Below are positions 1 through 11,000 of a stretch of 64,000 bases of DNA, piece by piece (the first letter of the stretch is position 1; every line of letters begins with the position of its first letter). This stretch comes from Macrostomum hystrix (taxonomy: Eukaryota > Animalia > Platyhelminthes). Position numbers and translations under genes: made by a program. Under the pieces are notes generated by a model. It saw nothing but the letters and a program-made list of their open reading frames with translations, ran no database searches and was not told the origin of the DNA. The DNA is taken from NCBI GenBank assembly GCA_950097015.1, contig CATNEN010000012.1, forward strand, positions 1,984,001 to 2,048,000, in the 5' to 3' direction.

Positions 1-376
1 CAGTAACAAGCTGCGAATTGGTTTGCATTTGGACCAATTGACTAAAAATTTTCCTAGTCTCGTTTTCTTCACTGTCGAGAGCATATCTGAAACGCACTTT
101 GAATTGCTTGGACTGATTGACAAGTGCCACACACTGTAAATACGAGCGTATCAATCAACAAAATGTGATGCTGATGTTGTTGGTCTTCATTTTTATATTT
201 CTGCGCCATTTTTAACTAGGGAAGTAAACTAGCTATTAAAATACAGATCTGCTGCTTTTCAAGTGGTTGACTTTACAAAGCGAAATTTAATGAGTTCTGA
301 ATCTGTTGAGCTGCTTTTATTCTTCTTGCCTCTCACGTGCCAAGCATTATCCCGTCTGGCCTCCATAGTCTCAGTA

Positions 377-945
377 GAATCCCACTGCACCTGAATCCCA
401 CTGCACCTGAATCCCACTGCACCTGAATCCCACTGCACCTGAATCCCACTGCACCTGAATCCCACTGCACCTGAATCCCACTGCACCTGAATCCCACTGC
501 ACCTGAATCCCACTCCACCTGAATCCCACTGCACCTGAATCCCACTCCACCTGAATCCCACTGCACCTGAATCCCACTGCACCTGAATCCCACTGCACCT
601 GAATCCCACTGCACCTGAACCACACTGCAACTGAATCCCACTGCACCTGAATCCCACTGCACCTGAATCCCACTGCACCTGAATCCCACTGCACCTGAAT
701 CCCACTGCACCTGAATCCCACTCCACCTGAACCACACTGCAACTGAATCCCACTGCACCTGAATCCCACTGCACCTGAATCCCACTGCACCTGAATCCCA
801 TGCACCTGAATCCCACTGCACCTGAATCCCACTGCACCTGAATCCCACTGCACCTGAATCCCACTGCACCTGAATCCCACTGCACCTGAATCCCACTGCA
901 CCTGAATCCCACTGCACCTGAATCCCACTGCACCTGAATCCCACT
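377..945. repeat. 16-bp minisatellite (GAATCCCACTGCACCT)n
   Basis: Direct inspection, ~35 units. Confidence 0.95.
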
Positions 946-963
946 CGTGAGAATACTACTCAC

Positions 964-1276
964 CGAACACCGGCAGTCTGGTCTTGTCCGCCTGTCCGTG
1001 AACCACCTCGACACCCTCGGGTATGACCTGATGCCGCAGGCTGCCGTTGCTAATGACAACACCTGGCTGCGGCTGCGACCGGTGACCCGCAGCACCCCGA
1101 CGGCTGGAAGCGGCCGAGCCCAAGCTCGCCGTCGGCAGCTCCTCGCTGGCCAGAGGTCGACGGCCCTCCTCGACAGGCGGCGCCGCTGTGGTCGCGGGCC
1201 GGGAGGAGCCGCCGCCGCCCGCGGCATCGCCGCGAACATCCAGCGGAGTTTTCAGCCGGTCGGCCATCTTGGCCAT
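964..1276 (-). CDS. First coding exon of an unidentified gene (MAKMADRLKTPLDVRGD...HGQADKTRLPVF); remainder not located
   Basis: GC-rich ORF with ATG at 1276 (and 1267), ending at a strong donor G|GTGAGT at 964/963 (phase 1). Followed by a 16-bp minisatellite. No family recognised. Confidence 0.5.
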
Positions 1277-2499
1277 CGGATGCTCGATGACTGGCGGTAG
1301 GCGGGTTCCACTGCGACTGCTCATTTCGAGTGCTCAAACCACAAAAATTGCTATCAACTTGTTGAGATCAATTTTTTGTTTAAGTTGTGAAGACCGGCGT
1401 TGTACTTGAAATCGCTCTGCGGGCCATTTTACCGGCTAGTTGAGTTGGCCCCATTGGCTACCTTAGCTGCCAAACCGACCACCCCATCTGCCTGCAGTCC
1501 TTTCAGTTCTCTTCAAATTGAAATTATCAATCTTAATTTTCTGCTTTCCTAGCTTCTTGCTACCTTTCTCTCTTAGTCCATGCGGCGAAGAAGGAATAGC
1601 GCGTCTGGTTTCCATTGGCAACCGCCGGTGTCGTCACCAACCTCACCACCCCCCCGAAAAAAGGCATTCAATGTTTAGCCATCACCTGTCAGCGACCTTC
1701 CTATACTTTTGTGCCAGTGTACCGCGCTGCATCCAAATAGCTCTATATAGATAGGACTCTTTCTCTCTCTCTATTTTTTGAGTCCATTTGGGTTTCGCAC
1801 CGTTGTGTTTGAACAGCCGACACTATAGAAAGATAGTTGAGAACGATGCTAAAGGACACTATTAAGTCTTCATCTCGAATAGACATTGTGCCAAGATGCT
1901 CGTCATACAACACACAGCACCTCGTCTGTGTATCTATCAGTTCAGTGCTCGTTTGTGTGCAATATTTACTGCAATATTTAACCACTTGGCGAACTCAAGT
2001 AAAGAACTCAAGTCTTGGTTAAGTCTTTAATCTCTTCCTCTCTTTGGCTATTTTGTTTTAATAATTCTTTTCCACTTGAAAGAAAGAAAATTAATGGCAA
2101 ATTAAACATTAAGCTGGCAGCCTCACAGGTATTTTTGTATGGCCTGAGAAGCTTTCTTTGCTGTTGGTTGTCAGACAGAGTATTAATTTATAACAATATG
2201 ATACTAGACCTGTTTTAGATCTCTAAATCTAGCTTGATTAGTAAATGAAGACTCATCTCATCTCAAAGACAGGTTGAAATATAAAATCCGTCAACTTGCT
2301 TTTCAGCGAAACTACTAGAAGTAATAAAAACAAAGTTTCAGAGTTCGCAAGAAAAACAAATTTGAGAAGAAAACTGTGGACTTAAAATAAGAAAGAATGA
2401 TTTTAGATTTTTGTATATCAGATTTTGCTTATACAAGCAAAGAGTAAAACAAAAATAAAAAAATATTTATGAGTTTCGGAGGTCAGAGGACGGTTGAAG

Positions 2500-2870
2500 A
2501 GAGATCGGATAGAGATCGGATAGAGATCGGATCAAGATCGGGTAGAGATCGGATAGAGATCTGATAGAGATCGGATAGAGATCGGATAGAGATCTGATAG
2601 AGATCGGATAGAGATCTGATAGAGATCGAATAGAGATCAGATAGAGATCGGAGAGAGATCGGATAGAGATCAGAGAGAGATCGGAGGAAGATCGGATAGA
2701 GATCTGATAGAGATCGGATAGAGATCGGATAGAGATCGGATAGAGATCGGATAGAGATCTGATAGAGATCGGATAGAGATCGGATAGAGATCTGATAGAG
2801 ATCGGATAGAGATCGGATAGAGATCGGATAGAGATCTGATAGAGATCGGATAGAGATCGGATAGAGATCG
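2500..2870. repeat. 11-bp minisatellite (AGAGATCGGAT)n
   Basis: Direct inspection. Confidence 0.95.
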
Positions 2871-3429
2871 GGGACTTGTTAAGCATCTGCAGTTTGTAGC
2901 AAATGCGCAATGAAAAAATCTCAACGAAACTATAAAATCGTTGGATGCGAATTAAAACAAATAAAATAATCTCGCGCAAACTGCTAAACCCATTTGGACA
3001 TGCACTTTTGAAGACCTCAAGTGAAGTCTTTAGCACACCAGGAAGGGACAGTGGTCTGGATTCGAGTGCCGATGGATTTTTTCATTTCAACGAGTGGCAG
3101 GCTGATAGGACGGACTGAATTCCAAGCTGGGGTGATCTGATGAAGATGATGAGGCTCATTGTGCCCACCAGGGAGGCTGGGTGGTTGCCCCGAATTGGAT
3201 TGGAGACAAAATCAGTGAGACCCAATCAGAGCATGGATTGTGCAGCCAAGATCCCCCACTAAGGGGATCGAAGTGGATAGACTTTATCTCCCCATTTGGG
3301 GATTTCAAGTCAGGTCTCTGAAGCGCTTTTGAGTTTTATCAGCCTTTCTCAATTCGACACCGGCGGCAATTTGGTAAGCTAATGTTGCGTGAGTTCGCTA
3401 GTACATTATTCGCTCGGACAGAAGAACAA

Positions 3430-4430
3430 TTGTGTAGGATAGGGATGGGACGGGGTGCGAACAATGGTGAAGGATAGGGACAGGGCTGGATTGGATAAGG
3501 ATGGGATGAGACGAGAGGATCGTCTCATGTAGGATATTTATATCCTACATATTAAATGGATAAGAATGGTGTAGGATAGGGATGGGACAGGATGGGACAG
3601 GATGGGACAGGATGGGACAGGATAGGGATGGGATGGGACAGGATGGTATAAGGATGGTGTAGGATAGGGATGGGACAGGATGGTATAAGGATAGTGTAGG
3701 ATAGGGACAGGACAGGATGGTATAAGGATGGTGTAGGATAGGGATGGGATGGGACAGGATGGTATAAGGATGGTGTAGGATAGGGATGGGATGGGACAGG
3801 ATGGTATAAGGATGGTGTAGGATAGGGAAGGGACAGGATGGTATAAGGATAGTGTAGGATAGGGATGGGACAGGATGGTATAAGGATGGTGTAGGATAGG
3901 CATGGGATGGGACAGGATGGTATTATATATCCTACACCATTTTGCAAGGATGGTGTAGGATAGGGATGGGATGGGACAGAATGGTATAAGGATGGTGTAG
4001 GATAGGGATGGGACAGGATGGTATAAGGATGGTGTAGGATAGGGATGGGACAGGATGGTATAAGGATGGTGTAGGATAGGTACAGGAATGGATGGGATTT
4101 CGCGCCTCAACGTTTTACCTCGTTTCAGCCCTCTGCAGCCTGAGAGTGGTGTAGGATAAGGATAGGACGGGATGGGATGAGGATGGTGTTCGATAAGGAT
4201 TGGATGGCGAGGGATAAGGATACGTTGTAGGATAAGGATATGACAGGATGTGATAAGAATGGTGGAGGACAGGGATGGAACAGGATGGGATAAGAATGTG
4301 TGTAGGATAGTAGTGGATAAACAGGATGGACAGGAGAAGGATGGCGGGATAGGGATAAAAGATGACGGGGATAATATTAGATGGGGATGAGTCAGGACCG
4401 GATAAAGACTGTTAGGATAAGGATGGTGAG
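3430..4430. repeat. GGATA/GGATG-rich minisatellite, ~37-42-bp units, degenerate flanks
   Basis: GGATAGGGATGGGACAGGATGGTATAAGGATGGTGTA repeats. Confidence 0.9.
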
Positions 4431-4975
4431 ATGGTACTGAAAAGTGCAGTGCTGTTGTGAAGGCGCAACTTTGGCGAATCCCAATCCGGAGCTAGTAAGC
4501 TAATAAAAAATCTATTTTAGCTTCTGCCATCGCGCGGAGTGGCTGTAGGCCAGTGCTTTTTCAATTTGTCCTCTTCTAATCAATAATTTATCCCCAAACC
4601 CAGGAGCAGTGATGGAGTGACCCACTAGGGTCAACAGACACTCCTACCGAGCGGATTTCATAATGTTATTTTTTATTTTCATTAACCTGGTTCCCTGAGT
4701 CACGTTGGCTCAAGTGTCAATTGTTTTTTTCTTAATGGACTTATTAGCGGAAAAGATCTTGAATAATGTTTAATTAACAATTTCCTGAACTTTATAAAAT
4801 ATGAAAACCTTATTCTATAGACAGTTATGCATGCATGTGCCGATAAAAATGATGTATTTCATTCCATTTCACACCTCTCGTCCACGCGTCGAGCTGCCCT
4901 CCCCAGGTGCAAGAAAAGTCAACTAACTGATCTGGACAAGCAAAAAAATAAGACTAAACACCAAGGAAGGCAGCA

Positions 4976-5028
4976 ATGCTTCATCCGCCATCTTTGCCAT
5001 TGGCTTCGGGCAACTGTCAGCTGCTAAC

Positions 5029-5060
<32 letters not shown>

Positions 5061-8000
5061 AAGGTAATTACGTGATTAATATAGCTGCTGATGTGGCCTA
5101 GGTAACATGCAAGTTGTCATGACAGATGTCATCGCGATGCAGTGAATTTGTGTGACCTCAGTCTGTATTCGTTTAGCTAAATGTCTTGCTTGAAATTTTG
5201 GATTTCTTGCTCTATATATTGCTGCTACATTTTGGACAGCAATATAACTCGTAGACAAAAAAACTATTTTTTTCAGCCGTATTTTATTATTATTTTTAAT
5301 AAAAGGAAAGACAAGAAATGACTTCTCTCCTATTTTTTTTAATTTTCTCTTAACCAGGGCTGTGCACCCAACCCCAATTTTCTCTTAACCAGTGCTGTGC
5401 ACCCACCCCAATTTTCTCTTAACCAGGGCTGGCACCCACCCCAATTTTCTCTTAACCAGGGCTGTGCACCCACCCCAATTTTCACTTAACCAGGGCTGTG
5501 CACCCACCCCAATTTTCTCTTAACCAGGGCTGTGCACCCACCTTAATTTTTTCTTAACCAGGGCTGTGCACCCACCTTAATTTTTTCTTAACCAGGGCTG
5601 TGCACCACCTTAATTTTTTCTTAACCAGGGCTGTGTACTCGCGCCTAACTACCCCAGCGTTCTTTAACTTTTTTTACTTTACCCACGCACCAACTCTCAC
5701 TCACACAGGCCCAGCCCAAGTCAGCGGATATCGCGAAGCTAGCCGTCTCTATGACATGCTGATGAATGAAACTGAATACAATCGCCTAATTCGGCCAGTC
5801 AACTACAGCTCTCGAACACTGACTGTATACCTAGGATTGAAGCTTGCACAGCTAATTGATGTGGTAAGGATAAAACCGGTATTATAGAACATATACTATA
5901 TACAAGCTTCTTACGAGACCAAAATGTCTGACTGACTCAAGGAGGAGAAATCAAATTTCGAATAAGAAGGCCAACCCTAAAAGCTATAAGGAGATGAGGG
6001 TGGGGCCTAGGTTAGGGGCGACCAAAGTCGAAATTCGGTTTGGCTACTTATAGTGAGCGAGAGAGGCAGCAGTTTTAGTGAGGAAATTAGAACTGGTCGA
6101 CAACTACTTCAAGTCTCCGTCACTCAACTGGCTCTAGCAGTCTGATTTACAACATTTTCCCTACAGCTCGCTCCCTTATCGAAAACTCGAGAGGGAGACA
6201 GAAATAGAAAGAGACAGAGAAGACCCGGTAGACTACGTCCGCAGGCTGCTCAAACAGTGCTCACACTATCTATCCCTGCTTTCTCCAAGTTCCATTCCGT
6301 CTGTTTGTGTCGGCAGTCGCAGCCATGCCTGGATTAGGCGGACGGGGGACCAAAAGATGAAATCAATATTCGGTTGCTAATCTGGGAGTCGGGATCCCCA
6401 GTTAGAATGCCCAAGGAGGCAGATTCATATATTATATCATGTAATATATTTATACGCAAAACTTTCTACTCAACCTATGAAAATCGATGTAGAGGTTTTT
6501 CATGCCTTTTCCTATCTCGGAAATATACGAGTTAGTATTTGCATAGCAAAGCATAGCAAAGCAAGAATGAATTTATCCCATAGACGAATATTTCTAACTC
6601 TATTAAAAAATCCAGCTGCGGGCTGTGCGACTAAGGAAAATTTTCCCTTACCCGTAGCTGTCTCTCTCACCCACCCCCCATATTCTTTTACCCGCGGCTG
6701 TGCACCCACCCAAATTTTCTCTAACCCGCGGCTGTACAGCCCCCCCAAGTTTCTCTAACCCGGGCTGTGCACCCACCCCAATTTTCTCTAACCCGCGGCT
6801 GTACAGCCCCCCCAATTTTCTCTTACCTGCGGCAGTACAGCCAATCAAATTTCTCTTACCCGCAACTGTGTATCCACACTGTGTATCTACCAAATGTTCT
6901 TTCGTTTATTGCATAACAACAAAAAATGTACAAGAATGTCAACGAAAAAATGCGAAACTTTTATCTTTGCTTCATTAAAGTTGACTTTTAAGCTGTTTGT
7001 TATTAAAAAAGCGTTCATTTCCATTAGTTAGTTTTACTTCATAAAGTTCCCTAAATGTCAAAATTTCACAAAATGCTAACTTTTTCTACTCTCTTTAACT
7101 ATACCAGGATGAGAAGAATCAGATTATCACTACGAACGTCTGGGTAGAACAGGTGAGAAAAAACGAAGGCAAAGTTGCAAAAGTTTTCTCCATTGCTTTG
7201 AAGTTTAACTTAGACATTGCATTTCAATTTTCGTTTGTAAAATATGCTTCCCAAAGATGATCGCAACCATCACCGCCATTAGGAATGGAGAGACGCTAAC
7301 CTGGTGTGGAATCCTGCCGATTACGGAGGTGTCAGTCGACTCTACATTCCGTCCGATAAGCTCTGGCTGCCGGACATTGTGCTATATAATAAGTGCGCGT
7401 TGTGTTTGTTTTGCAATGAGCGGTAGAATGAGCAGTAGAATGAGTGGTAATATGAGCGGTAGAATGCGTGGTAATATGAGGGGTAGAATGCGTTTAAAAT
7501 GAGCGGTAGAATGAGTGGTAGTATGAGCGGTATAATGAGCGGTAGAATAATAGTAGAATGAGCGGTAGAATGAGCAGTAGGATGAGCGGTAGAATGATAG
7601 TAGAATGAGCGGTAGAATGAGCAGTAGAATGAGTAGTAGAATGAGCAGTAGAATGAGCAGTAGAATAAACGGTAGAATGAGCAGTATAATGAGCAGTATA
7701 AGGACCGGTAGAATGAGCAGTAGAATGAGCAGCATAATGAGCGGTTTAATGAGCAGTAGAATGAGCAGCATAATGAGCGGTTGAATGAGCAGTAGAATAA
7801 GCTGTAGAATGAGCAGTATAATGAGCAGTAGAATGAGCAGTAGAATGAGCAGTGATGAGCAGTGATGATGTATTCAGCATTAGAATGAGCAAACAGAGTA
7901 TAAAAATAAATGAGCACTATTTTCTCCCTCCCCACTATCGCAGCGCTGACGGCAAGTACGAGTTGGTGATCATGACCAAAGCCACGGTGTTCTCCGATGG

Positions 8001-11000
8001 CACAGTCCGCTGGGTGCCGCCCGCTGTCTACAAGAGCTCCTGCCAGATCAATGTAGAGTTTTTCCCGTTCGATGAGCAGAATTGCACCATGAAATTCGGC
8101 AGCTGGACCTACGATGGGCATAAAGGTGCATAAAGATCCATGAGTTCGATTCCTGAGCTCGATTCAACAGCGAGGCCACATTTTTTGGGGCGCAGCCGCA
8201 GAGAGGAGGCTCGGGGGCTCGGGGGCTTGTCGTGCAATTTACGCCAAGGCACAGTGATAGTGTACACAACCTGACGATAAGAAAGTCCGGGCAGATGTAC
8301 ACACGTGTGTGAGTGTGTGCCCGTGTGTGCTGAGGAGTCAACGGAACGGGCAGAATTGCCTTCTCGCTGATGCACCATTTCCCACAGACCCTCCCTGCAA
8401 TTATTATTACTATTATTATTATTAATGGCCTAATTATTTGGATTCCATATAAAAAAAGTATATGGTAACAATTTCGAAATTCAGAACTTTGCATTATCCT
8501 TATCACACTTATCATGGTAACAAAAATATCCTTGTAATTGTATCTTGAATCCCATCCCATTTTTCGAATCCGAACCACAATTTCCCAACTCTTGTTGTTT
8601 TCCCCAATATTAGGAGTTTTTTTCCCCAAATCCTCTCGCTGCTCTGCACAATGCACAGTAACTCGAACAAAGCACGCACCCGTCAAACCCCACCGCAGTG
8701 GATCTGCAGCACATTGCTCAGAAGTCCGAACCGGTCAGGAACATGTCTGGCCGCGTGACCGTGGACTACGCTGTCGACCTGTCCGAGTATTATCCCAGTG
8801 GCGAGTGGGATATTTTGCAGTTCTCCGCGGTCAGGGACGACATTTATTATCCCTGCTGCGTTGAGCCGTTTCCTGGTGAGTGAAAAATGAGTGGGCGATT
8901 ACCTGAAAAATCCCTAATCCCCAGTTATTACTCTTAAGCCCTAATTACTGACCCGTGATCTCAGATCTCAATCACCGATCCCTAATCTCAGATCCCAATC
9001 ACAGATCCCTAATCTCAGATCCCAACCACAGATCCCTAATCTTAGACCCCAATCATCGATCCCCATTCTCAGATCTCAATTATCGATCCCCATTCTCAGA
9101 TCTCAATCATCGATCCCCATTCTCAGATCCCAATCATCGATCCCTAATCTTAGATCCTAATCACAGATTAAAAATCTCGGATTTCTGTCAGCTATTTCTA
9201 ATCTCAGATCCGAAACCTCGATTTTCTTTGCGATCTTCATTCCAGACGTGACCTTCAATATCTTGCTGAAGCGAAAGACTCTATTCTACGCCGTGAACCT
9301 GATCATTCCTTGTGTGAGCATCTCTTTCCTGACGGTGACGGTGTTCTACCTGCCCTCCGAAAGCGGCGAAAAGATTAGCCTGTCCATTTCCATTCTGCTG
9401 GCATTGACAGTGTTCTTCCTGCTCCTGGCTGAGATCATCCCGCCAACCTCGCTGGTGGTACCTCTGATTGGAAAATACCTGCTGTTCACAATGATCCTGG
9501 TGACACTGTCAATCATAATAACTGTAGTTGTTCTGAATGTACATTTCCGCGGCCCAGACACTCACGTAATGTCGCCCTGGGTGAGGAAACTGTTTCTGGG
9601 CCACCTACCGCGGCTGCTCTGCATGCGACGGCCGAATGAAAACGATGATGGAGAATTTGAGGTGAAGAGCGTCTTATACTACTATTAGTCTTGTTAACTG
9701 TCCTTTGCTATTGTGCTTGAAAACGGATTATAAACATCAAGCCATGGAAAAAGAAAAAGTGAGGTGGTGGGTGCGACACCAAATTAGAGAAAATGAGGTG
9801 GCGGGTGCGAGACTAAATTAGAGAAATTGAGGTGGCGGGTGCGAGACCAAATTATAGAAAATGAGGTGGCGGGTGCGAGACCAAAGGCGAGATAATGAGG
9901 TGATGGGTGCGACACCAAATTAGAGAAAATGAGGTGGCGGGTGCGAGACCAAAGGAGAGAAAATGAGGTAGTGGGTGCAGGACCAAAGGAGAGAAAATGA
10001 GGTGGCGGGTGCGACACCAAATTAGAGAAAATGAGGTGGCGGGTGCGACACCAAATTAGAGAAAATGAGGTGGCGGGTGCGACACCAAATTAGAAAAAAT
10101 GAGGTAGTGGGTGCGACATAAAATGAGAGAAAATGAGGTGGTGGGTGCAGGACCAAATGAGAGAAAATGAGGTAGTGGGTGCAGGACCAAAGGAGAGAAA
10201 ATGAGGTGGTGGGTGCAGGACCAAAAGGAGAGAAAATGAGGTGGTGGGTGCGACACCAAAGGAGACAAAATGAGGTGGCGGGTGCGAGACCAAATTAGAG
10301 ATAATGAGGTGGTGGGTGCGACACCAAAGGAGACAAAATGAGGTGCTGGGTGCGACACCAAAGGAGAGAAAATGAGTTTATGGGTGCGACATCAAAGGAG
10401 AGAAAATGAGTTGGTGGGTGCAGGACCAAAGAAGAGAAAATGAGGTGGTGGGTGCGACATTAAATGAGAGAAAAGGAGGCGGTGGGTGCAGGACCAAAGG
10501 AGAGAAAATGAGGTGGTGGGTGCGACATCAAATGAGAGAAAATGAGGAGGCGGGTGCGAGACCAAAGGAGAGAAAATGAGGTAGTGGGTGCAGGACCAAA
10601 GGAGAGAAAATGAGGTGGTGGGTGCGACATCAAATAAGAGAAAATGAGGTAGTGGGTGCAGGACCAAAGGAGAGGAAATGAGGTGGTGGGTGCAATACCG
10701 AATGAGAGAAAATTAGGATGTGGGTGAAGCTGTAAATTTTTGTCCAGAGAGTCATAGTGCTCACAAGAGAAATATTTTTAAGTCTTTCTTTTTTAACCTA
10801 CCTGTCATACTGTTTAATTTGGCGACGCACCCATTCGGTTCGTGATTTTTTATCCCGGTAGTTCTAATCCTAGAGGTGAATCTCACCTTTGTCCATGGCT
10901 GAGTCAGTGAAGGTGGCCTCCTGTTTCATACTAGGAAGTTCCAAGTGTAGGAAGCGGGAACGGACAGGAAGAAAGAAAAGTAGTTGAAAGGAGCGCCGCA

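Noticed and set aside
259-944. Long ORFs (GFRCSGIQVQWDSGAV)n
   Set aside because: Translations of a 16-bp array, open in all three minus frames and lying after a splice donor
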